Source: Candidatus Omnitrophota bacterium (GTDB lineage Bacteria; Omnitrophota; Omnitrophia; Omnitrophales; Aquincolibacteriaceae). From it: a stretch of DNA of 64,000 bases. The notes beneath the pieces are model-generated. The model was not told the origin of the DNA. It was given only the letters and a program-made list of their open reading frames with translations, and searched no databases. Numbering within the stretch: position 1 is the stretch's first letter; each line of letters begins with the position of its first letter. The stretch covers positions 22,080 through 86,079 of the forward strand of contig CAISGE010000070.1 of NCBI GenBank assembly GCA_903884815.1, given 5' to 3'. A program made the translations under genes and the position numbers. Positions 37,888 through 46,908 of the stretch are shown here, one piece after another.

Positions 37888-39369
37888 TCAGGAAAGAGAA
37901 TCGATCTGTTTCTCGAGGGCCAACAGGGTTTCTTCAAGATATTTCGAACGGGCCTGAGCCTTCGCGAGCATTTCTTTTCCCCGTTTCAACTCTTCTTCGA
38001 GGCGAACCTTTTCATCAAAGCTGCTCCGAAGCTGAGCCGCTTCGTTCTCGAGCTCCACGCATCGTTTCCGAAGCTCCTCCAATTGCGAGACTGTCTGGTT
38101 CGCGCTTTCTTCAAGCTCCTTGATCCTCGCCTCAGCGAGGGCTGCCGCTTCGCTCATTTTGGCGACTTTCTGAGAAAAAAGTTCCTTTTCTTGCTCCAAC
38201 GCAGCGATGCGCTCGGCGCGATCTCTGATTTCCATCCCGAGATGCTGATTCTCCCCTTCAAGAACGAGGATCTGATCCCTCAAGGCCACGACCGGCGCGA
38301 CAGCCTCTTTCAGATGGGACTGAAGTCCCGCAATTTCGGCATCCTTCCCGGTAAGCGCTGCGGCAATAGTTTGTTTTTCATTTTCCGACCGCTCTTTTTC
38401 CGACCGCGCCATTTCAAATCGTCCGTTCGCTTCTTGAAGACTTGCTTCCAGGGCGAGGCTTTGAGCCTTCACCGACTCAACGGATGCGAGCGCCTCTTGC
38501 AACCGGGACTGAAGTCCCGCAATTTCGGCATCTCTCCCAGCTAGTTCCTCAGCAAAGTTTTTTCTTTCGAGATCCCAACGCTCTTTCTCATTTTCAGACC
38601 GTTGCTCTTCTCTCGCGGCCAGACCGCGGAGTCGCTCCTGCTCGAGGAAATCAGCTTCTCTCTCGGAGCGGGCCTTCTCCAACCGCGCAATCTCGTTTTG
38701 ATATTCCGCGCATTTTTGCTCGAGGGCCGACACCTGGGCGCGCGGCGCCTCGATCAAGATCTCGAGACCGCCTATTTTTCGCGCAAGACGCGCTTCCTCT
38801 TCGTGAGCATGCTTGAGTTCTTCGGCAAGGCGATGGTTCTCGGCCTCGAGGGATTTCCTTTTGCCTTCCTCGTCGGCCTGAGCTTGTCTTCTTTTTTCCT
38901 CCGCGTCCGCGAACCGCTTGGCGTAAGCAAATTCTTTTTCGGAAAATTCCGCGTGGGCCTTTTTCTCAGCGGCAAGCTCCGCCTCGAGCCCCTGGCACTT
39001 CTTTTCCAATTCCTCGTACGGACTTACGATTTTCGAATGCCCGGAACGCTCCTGGGGTAAATCCGGGGGCAATTCGGGCGGAGCTTGATCCTCCGGAAGG
39101 AATGGCTCGGGGAGGCCCGAGGCTTGCACGCTCGGAGCAGACGGTGCCTCATGAGGAATGGCAGGGTGCTGCACACCCTCTTTTTTCTCCAAAAGATCGA
39201 TGAGATTCATCAGTTCCATCAGATCCACGGAGACGGGAACATCCCCCGATCCTTTTTTGGAAGGATCGGCTTGTTTGGAATAATGATCAAGAAGGGCGTC
39301 CGCCATCGGCTTCGAAATGCGTCCGTTTTGAACCCATTCACGGATCTGGTCGTCGTAGGAGGCGGTCAT
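37888..39369 (-). CDS. Coiled-coil protein with internal tandem repeats, hypothetical
   Basis: Heptad-rich sequence of about 490 aa. It contains repeated LAGRDAEIAGLQSRLQEA / LTGKDAEIAGLQSHLKEA units that are also repeated at the DNA level. The N-terminus is unique. No enzymatic motif. Confidence 0.6.
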   Translation of the reverse strand: MTASYDDQIREWVQNGRISKPMADALLDHYSKQADPSKKGSGDVPVSVDLMELMNLIDLLEKKEGVQHPAIPHEAPSAPSVQASGLPEPFLPEDQAPPELPPDLPQERSGHSKIVSPYEELEKKCQGLEAELAAEKKAHAEFSEKEFAYAKRFADAEEKRRQAQADEEGKRKSLEAENHRLAEELKHAHEEEARLARKIGGLEILIEAPRAQVSALEQKCAEYQNEIARLEKARSEREADFLEQERLRGLAAREEQRSENEKERWDLERKNFAEELAGRDAEIAGLQSRLQEALASVESVKAQSLALEASLQEANGRFEMARSEKERSENEKQTIAAALTGKDAEIAGLQSHLKEAVAPVVALRDQILVLEGENQHLGMEIRDRAERIAALEQEKELFSQKVAKMSEAAALAEARIKELEESANQTVSQLEELRKRCVELENEAAQLRSSFDEKVRLEEELKRGKEMLAKAQARSKYLEETLLALEKQIDSLS

Positions 39370-39600
39370 GATGTTGGTATATTACCTTGCTATGCCATTC
39401 TTTCAAACAAAAATGGCTTAGAGACAATGCGGGGCAAGTTAAAACATCCGCGAAGAGCGTCCCCTCTTTTCCCCGTGTGGGAGAGGATTAAGGTGAGGGG
39501 GGAAATGCCCGTTGACCATTGTTGGTCATGGCGTTTTGTGCCTAGCCTCTGTGCGGGGAGCGTCGTCATCATGACTCCGTACGCCTTACGCCGTACGAAA

Positions 39601-41310
39601 TTAAGGCGCCGTCCTCCCAACCCGGCCCCCGAAGTTGCCGACACGGGTGGCGTCCTCGAGGGCCGCGGTCTCGCGGTCCGAGACTCCCGCGCTGTCGGCA
39701 CCGCTGTAACCATCCCCGCCGCGAAACCCGGAGCCTGCGGCACCGGTCACTTCGCCGGAACTATAGCCCGGCCAGTCCGCGACATCGGCGTTGCCGTTCG
39801 TACTCAGCGCCCCGTCCCCATGCGTGCCCGTGAATGCCCGCCCCGTGGCATTCCCCACCGTCACGGTTCTCTCGCTTTCATTGCCGGTCAGGTCCAGATT
39901 GCCGTAATAACCCGCGCCGGATTTCTCGCGTGTATCAGACGACCCTGTTGCAAAGATACCCACGCGTAAGGGACCAGAATCCCCGTCGCCATTGGTGAAG
40001 CCTGCATAGTTGTAATTGCAGTTAGCGCCCCCAGTGGCGCAGTACTCGGTGCCGTCTTCCGTGCCGCTGATCGTATCGCATGCCGTGATATTCGTCGTGC
40101 CCCAGGCATATTCCCCCGCCACGGGAGCCTCGGGACCGCGCGCGGCCTTCTCGAATTCTAGCTCCGTGATCGGCCTTAAGCCCGCCCAGTCCGCGTACGC
40201 CATCAGATCCGGCCAGGAGATATCACTCGCCGCGCGGGAATCACGGGAGCCGGTATTAAAGATCACGCGGGCCGGCGAAGTGCCGTTCCCCGTCGTCGGG
40301 CACTGTATCGTGTTGCGGTTAGGGGAGCCATCGCTATCGACCATCACGAAGTTATTCGCTACGGCGTCTCCGGAAATATCGGACGCTACGCGCGTTTGCT
40401 GCTGGGTGCGGGTGAGTGTGTTCAGAAAGCGGACGTACTGGCCCTGGGACATTTCATATTTCATGAGATAAAACGCGCCGTAGCCTTTCGGGAATGCCGC
40501 GGGGATCGTAAAAATTTCGTCGGTGTTGGCTTCTCCTGAATTGCCCCCGCTTTGGTACTGCCAGTTGCCCGAGGAATTCGTGGTCGTGATCTCACTCTCG
40601 CTTGTGATGCCCCAGAGACTGTTGCCTGCCAAACCTAAAGAATTAGCAGAAGCACCGTCTCCCGCGGTAAAAGAACCTTCGGGGATATACACCATCTCGA
40701 TCGCGAAAAGGCGGAACTTCATGCCCGATTGCGTCGCCTGCGTGTCGCTCACCCCGTCCGCGCCGTAATCCCACACGAGTTGCGTGCCGGTCTTGGAAAC
40801 CGTCCCGGTGTCCCCAAAATTCTGAAGCTGAACAAAGGCGCCTTTCTTGTCGCTCGGAACAAAAATATCAATGGAAGGACTACCGGAGCCATGGGTAAAA
40901 AGCCCACCGATCGTCATGTGATGCCAGGTGCCGGTACCGCCGTCGGCGCAATCCGAGAGGCAATATTTTCCGAACACCCACACCGCGTCGTTACTCGTCG
41001 CATTGTACCAGGCGTTGTCCCAGGAAATATCGAACTGAACCGCGATGGTGTTCAGGAGGGCGTTCTTGTTGAGAAGTTTGGCGTTGGCGAAAGCAACGTT
41101 ATTGGCGGAAGCCACGGGGGAGAGAAAGAAACAAAGCGCGACGGCAAGAATCGAAGGTTTAAGAGACCCAAGGAAATACCCGTCATTCTGACCTATTGTT
41201 TTCTTGCAAAAGCAAGAGAGAGGGAAAAATCTCTCTTGAGATCCTTCGCCCTCTGCGGGGCTCAGGATGACGGCGGTTTCGCTTTTTCCCGCGCCACGAA
41301 CGAGACTCAT
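39601..41310 (-). CDS. Secreted FGE-sulfatase (SUMF1-like) domain protein with a Gly/Asp-rich C-terminal region
   Basis: Hydrophobic signal-like segment at aa 49-69. FGE-fold motifs MKYEMSQGQYVRFLN and RPITELEFEKAARGPEAPVAGEYAWG. C-terminal G/D/S-rich low complexity. The only in-frame ATG is at 41310; there is no SD upstream, and the (GA)15 repeat lies 11 nt upstream. Confidence 0.75.
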   Translation of the reverse strand: MSLVRGAGKSETAVILSPAEGEGSQERFFPLSCFCKKTIGQNDGYFLGSLKPSILAVALCFFLSPVASANNVAFANAKLLNKNALLNTIAVQFDISWDNAWYNATSNDAVWVFGKYCLSDCADGGTGTWHHMTIGGLFTHGSGSPSIDIFVPSDKKGAFVQLQNFGDTGTVSKTGTQLVWDYGADGVSDTQATQSGMKFRLFAIEMVYIPEGSFTAGDGASANSLGLAGNSLWGITSESEITTTNSSGNWQYQSGGNSGEANTDEIFTIPAAFPKGYGAFYLMKYEMSQGQYVRFLNTLTRTQQQTRVASDISGDAVANNFVMVDSDGSPNRNTIQCPTTGNGTSPARVIFNTGSRDSRAASDISWPDLMAYADWAGLRPITELEFEKAARGPEAPVAGEYAWGTTNITACDTISGTEDGTEYCATGGANCNYNYAGFTNGDGDSGPLRVGIFATGSSDTREKSGAGYYGNLDLTGNESERTVTVGNATGRAFTGTHGDGALSTNGNADVADWPGYSSGEVTGAAGSGFRGGDGYSGADSAGVSDRETAALEDATRVGNFGGRVGRTAP

Positions 41311-41318
41311 GAGTTTTT

Positions 41319-41352
<34 letters not shown>

Positions 41353-41465
41353 GCGTGCTGATCATAAACAGAATCTCCTAAGGATCGTGTACTAAGAATG
41401 ATAAGTTCACCTGCCGGCGCCGAAAATCCAGACTATGCCGACATACTAACGAAGGATAGACACCT

Positions 41466-43061
41466 CTACAAGGGAGATTCCCGGAGTGTGATCTCGGGGC
41501 GGTTCTCCTGAAAATTCCGGAGAAGCCATTCGCTTAAGAAAAGCACCACCCGCCGCCCCTGCTCATCCCGGGCCAGTGCAACTCCGTACGAAAGAGAATC
41601 CGCCAAAGCGGCGTCGCTCAGATCGCTTTCCGCCCACCGAAGTATTTTCCAAGGAAGCATCTCCAGCGTCGATTCGGCGCCATATTCCTCCTTCAAGCGA
41701 TACTGCAATACCTCATACTGAAGAGGACCCACGGCCCCGAGAAGCGCGGCATTCGGATTGAACGGCTTGATCCAGCTGAACACCTGGACGATGTCTTCGG
41801 CCAGCAAATGCTCCACTCCTTTGCGGAAGGGCTTGTACTTTCCCGGAGAGGGATTACTGATCTGAGCAAAGCATTCGGGCGCAAAACGCGGAATGCTGTT
41901 AAAGGTGATCGTGGGATCTTCGCTCACCGTATCCCCGACGCGAAAATCGGATTTCACCGCGAAGCCGACGATATCGCCTGGATAAGCTTCATTCACGGTC
42001 TCGCGGCTTTGGCCAAGAAGCGTATGCGATCCCGCGATCCGGATGCTTTTGCCCGTGCGTGTGTGATAAACATCCATGTCCCGGAGAAACTTCCCCGAAC
42101 AAATACGCAGAAACGCGATCCTGTCGCGGTGGAGAGGGTTCATATTGGTCTGGATCTTGAAAATAAAACCGGAAAAAGCCTTCTGCGTCACGGGGATGAC
42201 ACGATCCCCGGCTTTTCTTTCTGCCGGTCCGGCGGAATATTTGATAAAACCATCAAGCAGGAGTTGGACGCCGAAATTATTGGCGGCACTTCCAAAAAAT
42301 ACCGGTGTAGTCTTGCCTTGCAGCACGGACTCCGGGGAAAAACCGACATGGGCCGTGTCGAGAAGTTCCAATTCCTCGGCCGCATGGGCATACGATTGCT
42401 CGTCGATGATCGCCTTGACCGAGGGATCATTAAAACCGTGGATCGACACCGGCGCTTTGTAGGCACCACCCGGGACTTTCTCAAAAAGATGCACCTCCTT
42501 ATGGAGACGATCGTAAACCCCTTTAAACTCCCTGCCGCTTCCGAGAGGCCAATTCACCGGATAAGCGTGGATCCCCAGGACGGTTTCCAACTCATCGATC
42601 AGCGCCAAAGGCGACAGGCCGGGACGGTCAAGCTTGTTCATGAAAGTAAAGATCGGAATCCCCCGGTGCCGGCAGATCTCAAAAAGCTTGCGGGTCTGGC
42701 TCTCGATGCCTTTACCGGAATCGATCACCATCACGACGGCGTCGACCGCCATGAGTACCCGGTAGGTGTCTTCGGAGAAATCTTTGTGTCCCGGTGTGTC
42801 AAGAAGGTTCACGCGCCAGGGACCGTAATCGAACTGAAGCAGGGTGGAGCTGATGGAGATACCGCGCTTTTTCTCCATCTCCATCCAGTCAGAGGCCGTC
42901 TCCCGCTGCTGCTTGCGGGCGGTCACCGAACCCGCGAGCTGCACCGCTCCTCCATAGAGAAGGAATTTCTCGGTCAACGTCGTCTTTCCGGCATCCGGAT
43001 GCGAAATAATGGCAAACGTCCGCCGTCGGGTGATCTCGTCTTGCATATTTCCTGGCTGCAT
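41466..43061 (-). CDS. prfC: Peptide chain release factor 3 (RF3), translational GTPase
   Basis: EITRRRTFAIISHPDAGKTTLTEKFLLYGGAVQLAGSV...DTPGHKDFSEDTYRVL...NKLDR gives G1-G4 motifs and overall RF3 colinearity. 531 aa. Confidence 0.9.
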   Translation of the reverse strand: MQPGNMQDEITRRRTFAIISHPDAGKTTLTEKFLLYGGAVQLAGSVTARKQQRETASDWMEMEKKRGISISSTLLQFDYGPWRVNLLDTPGHKDFSEDTYRVLMAVDAVVMVIDSGKGIESQTRKLFEICRHRGIPIFTFMNKLDRPGLSPLALIDELETVLGIHAYPVNWPLGSGREFKGVYDRLHKEVHLFEKVPGGAYKAPVSIHGFNDPSVKAIIDEQSYAHAAEELELLDTAHVGFSPESVLQGKTTPVFFGSAANNFGVQLLLDGFIKYSAGPAERKAGDRVIPVTQKAFSGFIFKIQTNMNPLHRDRIAFLRICSGKFLRDMDVYHTRTGKSIRIAGSHTLLGQSRETVNEAYPGDIVGFAVKSDFRVGDTVSEDPTITFNSIPRFAPECFAQISNPSPGKYKPFRKGVEHLLAEDIVQVFSWIKPFNPNAALLGAVGPLQYEVLQYRLKEEYGAESTLEMLPWKILRWAESDLSDAALADSLSYGVALARDEQGRRVVLFLSEWLLRNFQENRPEITLRESPL

Positions 43062-43078
43062 TGCTTATCTTCTTTCGA

Positions 43079-43249
43079 TTATTTTTTGTTATCGCTGCTC
43101 TGCAAAAGAGAGACGACCGTATCCAACTGCGCGGATATCTTCTTAAGCGCGTCGAGCTGCTCCCGCGCCATCCGCTCCTGTTTTTCCTGCATCTGCTTGG
43201 CTTCCCCCGCAAGTTTCGCCATATCACCCAGCTTGCTCATATCGAACAT
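43079..43249 (-). CDS. Small 56-aa ORF, not in the ORF track; hypothetical, with a YbaB/EbfC-like N-terminal motif
   Basis: Reverse-complement translation gives MFDMSKLGDMAKLAGEAKQMQEKQERMAREQLDALKKISAQLDTVVSLLQSSDNKK*. RBS GGGAGG lies 5 nt upstream of the ATG. Coordinates may be off by +/-1. Confidence 0.3.
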   Translation of the reverse strand: MFDMSKLGDMAKLAGEAKQMQEKQERMAREQLDALKKISAQLDTVVSLLQSSDNKK

Positions 43250-43341
43250 AGAACCTCCCGTAAATAGATTTAAATACGATTCGGCTTATACTGGAAAAGA
43301 GAGACAGTGTAAGTGATTCCAAAGGAACTGAGGAAGAAACT

Positions 43342-44538
43342 TTATCCGCCACCGCTCTGTTTTTTCAGGGCCACCTGGAGCTGTTCCGGGGTGATCGCCC
43401 CTTCCGCGGTGAGGATCTCCCCAAGCTTCTTACGCTCGGGGGAATCCTTGGGAAGGGTGAAAAAGAACGTGGTGCCTTTTCCAAACTCGCTTTCGACCCC
43501 GATCTTCCCGCCATGGCGTTCCACGATCTCTTTACTGATCGAAAGCCCCAACCCAGTCCCTTTTTCAACACCGAGGGCCGGCTTGCCAAACTGCTCAAAT
43601 TTACTGAAGACCTTGCCTAATTCCTCAGGCGCGATCCCGCAGCCCGTATCCTTCACGGCGCACCGGACTTCCGCCGGAGACTCCGAGACAGAGATCTCCA
43701 CAAAACCTTCCTGGCAAAATTTCAGAGAATTGCTCAAGAGGTTCGTGAACACCCGCGTGATCTTGTCTTTATCCGCGCAAACCTGCACGACCTCCGCAGA
43801 CAAAGCGGTCTTAAGTTGCAACCCCTTTTTCCGCGCCACCTCTTCAAAGAGACCCGCGACTTCCCGGACAACATCGTTGATATTAAAAAGGGTTTTCACT
43901 TCCTTGGCTTTTCCCGCTTCCAGTTTCGCGATCGCCAACAGATCGTCCGTGATCCTGAAGAGGCGCGCCACCGAGTTCATGACCATCTCGAGAATATTCT
44001 TTTGATCCTCAGGCCCCTTCGCTGCGACACTGTTATAAACGATCCGAACCAACTCCTGGATCGCGAACAAAGGATTCCTGAGCTCATGGCTGACCACGTT
44101 CACAAAATGATCACGCATGCCCATCAGTTTTTTTCGCTCGTTCGCGTAAGCCAGGGCACGCAAAAGCCCCCGTTCATCCACCTGCCCCTTGATCAGATAA
44201 TCCTGGGCGCCTTTCGAAACGGCCTCGATCGCCACCCCTTCGTCCAGGACATTCCCGGTCCACAAAATGATCGGAAGCCCGGGAGCGTTCTTGGCGAAGG
44301 CCTGATAGATCTCAAGACCAAAGGCATCCGGCACCTTGAGGTCGCTTAAAATAATGTCGAAGGTTTCTTTTTTAAGGAGCTCCAGGGCCTGGGCGAGGGT
44401 TTCGCCGCGGGAGACCACATACTTCAGTGTCTTGGAATGGCGTAGAGAGCGCGTCACCCACTGAGCGTCCACTTCATCATCCTCGAGAAGCAGGAGACGC
44501 AGCGGAGCGTCTTCTTTCTTTTCCGCATCCTCACTCAT
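43342..44538 (-). CDS. Hybrid histidine kinase: REC-HisKA-HATPase_c with a C-terminal T2SSE_N/MshEN-like module
   Basis: REC: LRLLLLEDDEVDAQWV...LSDLKVPDAFGLE. H-box: VSHELRNPLFAIQ. HATPase: [19 protein letters not shown]. The final 25 aa, LGEILTAEGAITPEQLQVALKKQ, resemble the MshEN/GspE N-terminal c-di-GMP-binding motif. Confidence 0.85.
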   Translation of the reverse strand: MSEDAEKKEDAPLRLLLLEDDEVDAQWVTRSLRHSKTLKYVVSRGETLAQALELLKKETFDIILSDLKVPDAFGLEIYQAFAKNAPGLPIILWTGNVLDEGVAIEAVSKGAQDYLIKGQVDERGLLRALAYANERKKLMGMRDHFVNVVSHELRNPLFAIQELVRIVYNSVAAKGPEDQKNILEMVMNSVARLFRITDDLLAIAKLEAGKAKEVKTLFNINDVVREVAGLFEEVARKKGLQLKTALSAEVVQVCADKDKITRVFTNLLSNSLKFCQEGFVEISVSESPAEVRCAVKDTGCGIAPEELGKVFSKFEQFGKPALGVEKGTGLGLSISKEIVERHGGKIGVESEFGKGTTFFFTLPKDSPERKKLGEILTAEGAITPEQLQVALKKQSGGG

Positions 44539-44587
44539 CTCGATGCCACCCTTTCAGGATCTCTTGTTTATCGCAGGTCGAACTCGT

Positions 44588-45001
44588 TTAGGAGGGAAGC
44601 TCGCTCGTCCGCCAATAGGCCGCGATAGTTTCCATGACGGAAAGATACTTGCCCGCGTCCACGGGCTTGATCATATACCCCGCGACCCCCAGCTTGAAAG
44701 CCTTCGCGCGGTCCGACTCCTCCCGGAACGTGCTCAGGATCACCACGGGGATCTTCAGCAGATCGGGATCGTGTTTAAGCTTGTCCAGAAATTCCAGCCC
44801 GTTCATGACCGGCATATCGATGTCGGAAAGGATCACCGCCGGAAGCGCGTTCAGATTGGCACGAAGCCACTCCAGCCCCTTGGCCCCGTTCTCGCAAACG
44901 ATCAGAGGGTTCTTGATGTTCAGTTCCTTCAAGGCGCGCTTGATCGCCGTCACATCGATCTCATCGTCTTCCAGTAAAAGAATAGACCTTCCGTCCTTCA
45001 T
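44588..45001 (-). CDS. Single-domain CheY-like response regulator
   Basis: SILLLEDDEIDVTAIKRALKE...ILSDIDMPVMNGLEFL...KPV. 137 aa. Confidence 0.85.
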   Translation of the reverse strand: MKDGRSILLLEDDEIDVTAIKRALKELNIKNPLIVCENGAKGLEWLRANLNALPAVILSDIDMPVMNGLEFLDKLKHDPDLLKIPVVILSTFREESDRAKAFKLGVAGYMIKPVDAGKYLSVMETIAAYWRTSELPS

Positions 45002-45025
45002 CGCACGCTCCTATGCATCCCGCAG

Positions 45026-46906
45026 TTATTTAGGCCAGGTAAAGAAAAAACGGCTTCCCTCGCCGAGCTTGGATTCTATCCAAACGCGTCCGCCCCGCAA
45101 CTCAATAATTCTCTTCACAAGCGCCAGGCCCACACCGGTGTTTTCAGTCCCCACTTCCGCGCCCAGCGTCTGGAATAATTTGAAGATCTTTTCGAAATTC
45201 TTGGGATCGATCCCCGTCCCGTTATCCTCGACACAGAATTGCCACGCGTCCTTCTGCTCTTCGCAGCGGACCTTGATCTCACCTTGCGGTTTGTCCGAAA
45301 ACTTCATGGCATTCGAGATCAGATTTTGGAAGACCTGATGCATCCTGACCCGAGGACACTTCACGGTCGGCAGCGTTCCGTCGATCGCGATATGGATGCG
45401 CGGAGGCGGGTTCAAGTTCTCAATGATCTCCTTGACCAGAAGATTCATGTCGGCCAGTTCCTCGTCGCCTTCCACATTCCCGACCCGGGAATATTGCAGG
45501 ATCCCGCTGATCAGGGCATCCATCCGGAGAGCACGACTCCTCAAGAGATCGAGTTGATGTTTGCCTTCGTCATCGAACTTGTCGGCGTAATCTTCCTTGA
45601 GCCAGGTCGATACGGAAGTGATCCCGCGAAGAGGCGCCTTGAGATCGTGAGAAACAACATACGCGAAATCCTCGAGTTCCTTGTTCGAACGCTGCAGTTG
45701 CAGGGCCATCGCATTCAACTGATCCCGTGACGCCGTCGTTTTCGCCAAGTGAGCCGTCATCCGGTCGAAGGAGCGCGAAAGATCGCCGATCTCATCACGC
45801 GAACTCATGGCCACGGTGTAGTCCCAATTCCCGTTTCCGATAATTTCGGTCCCCTTCTGTAGTATCTGGATGGGGTTGGAGATCGAACGTGAGATCAGGA
45901 TCGACGCGAAAATGGTCAAGCCCATGGTGATCACCAAAATAGTAATGAGATTTTTCCGCAATAGATTGATCGGGGCAAACACTTCCTCGGCGTCAACCTT
46001 CACGATGATCCCCCATCCAAAGAACGGGACGTAGCGCCAAACCTCCAGGACTTCTTTCCCCCGGTAATCGATAGAGATCCCCTGACCTTTCTTACCCTGA
46101 ACGGCCTGAACCAAGGGGGCCTCCGGATCCGCATCAATATTTACCTTGCGCTTAAAGACCGCGGAGGGATCATGCCGGGTCGGGGCCACAAAGACCACCT
46201 GATTCCCGACCTTGGTGCCGATCACGGTCTCGCCTGTTTCCCCCAACCCGCGGTAGTCGCTTGCCAACGCGTAGATCTCCTTCGTATTCAACCGGACCAT
46301 GGCGATCCCGATCATTTTCCCGGATTTCAGGAACGGGGTCGCCATAAAGACCTCGGGCTCGTTCATCCCGCGGAGAAATTCAAACTCCGAAACCTCGGTC
46401 GCAAGCAGCGTGCTGGCCAGGTCAAAGACTTTGGCGGCGGCAGAATCGTGCAAGGGACCTATTTTGTAATTCACACCGAGATCCTGTTTCCGGTTGAGGG
46501 AAAAAATAACCACCCCGTCCGGCGTGATAAACGAGAGATCCTGAAATCCCGTGATCGCCTGGTAGCGGGAAAAACCGGGCCGGACCTTTCCTTCCACGAC
46601 CGCATAGTCGGGAGACTTCAAGCCGCTTTGCTGAGCTGCCTCTTCCAATATCTCCAGCGCCCGGATGGCGGAGGGCTGCAGGACAAGCAGTTCCAAAGTC
46701 CGCTGTGTCTCGCGGATATAAGTCTCAATGTTACTGACACGCTCAACCGTCATGACCACCAGCTTGTTCATGATCTCATGCTGGAGCTGTTCCTTGCCCC
46801 GGTCATTCGCCAGATAGACGATCACCGCCAAAGGCACCAGAGTGATCAACAAAAACCAGCCGGTGAGCTTGGTCGCGATCTTCGGCTTGAGAAAATCCTT
46901 GAGCAT
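45026..46906 (-). CDS. Sensor histidine kinase with a large periplasmic (Cache-like) domain, HAMP, HisKA and HATPase_c
   Basis: TM1, a periplasmic domain of about 290 aa, TM2, HAMP, H-box VSHDLKAPLRGI, and HATPase N/G boxes (NLISNAMKF, DNGTGID, GVGLALV). Start at the second ATG (46906), with RBS GGAGA 5 nt upstream, overlapping the upstream TGA. Confidence 0.85.
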   Translation of the reverse strand: MLKDFLKPKIATKLTGWFLLITLVPLAVIVYLANDRGKEQLQHEIMNKLVVMTVERVSNIETYIRETQRTLELLVLQPSAIRALEILEEAAQQSGLKSPDYAVVEGKVRPGFSRYQAITGFQDLSFITPDGVVIFSLNRKQDLGVNYKIGPLHDSAAAKVFDLASTLLATEVSEFEFLRGMNEPEVFMATPFLKSGKMIGIAMVRLNTKEIYALASDYRGLGETGETVIGTKVGNQVVFVAPTRHDPSAVFKRKVNIDADPEAPLVQAVQGKKGQGISIDYRGKEVLEVWRYVPFFGWGIIVKVDAEEVFAPINLLRKNLITILVITMGLTIFASILISRSISNPIQILQKGTEIIGNGNWDYTVAMSSRDEIGDLSRSFDRMTAHLAKTTASRDQLNAMALQLQRSNKELEDFAYVVSHDLKAPLRGITSVSTWLKEDYADKFDDEGKHQLDLLRSRALRMDALISGILQYSRVGNVEGDEELADMNLLVKEIIENLNPPPRIHIAIDGTLPTVKCPRVRMHQVFQNLISNAMKFSDKPQGEIKVRCEEQKDAWQFCVEDNGTGIDPKNFEKIFKLFQTLGAEVGTENTGVGLALVKRIIELRGGRVWIESKLGEGSRFFFTWPK

Positions 46907-46908
46907 GC

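Noticed and set aside
43040-43080. Apparent 1-nt disagreement between my hand-counted coordinates and the ORF-track coordinates around the prfC start and the 43061 plus-strand ORF
   Set aside because: This is most likely a manual counting or reading error on my side, not a biological frameshift. The ORF-track coordinates were used for the listed genes, and the small-ORF coordinates are flagged as +/-1.
41808-43316. 502-aa plus-strand ORF opposite prfC
   Set aside because: The prfC call is unambiguous, with its G-domain motifs and full-length colinearity. The antisense ORF has no recognisable features.
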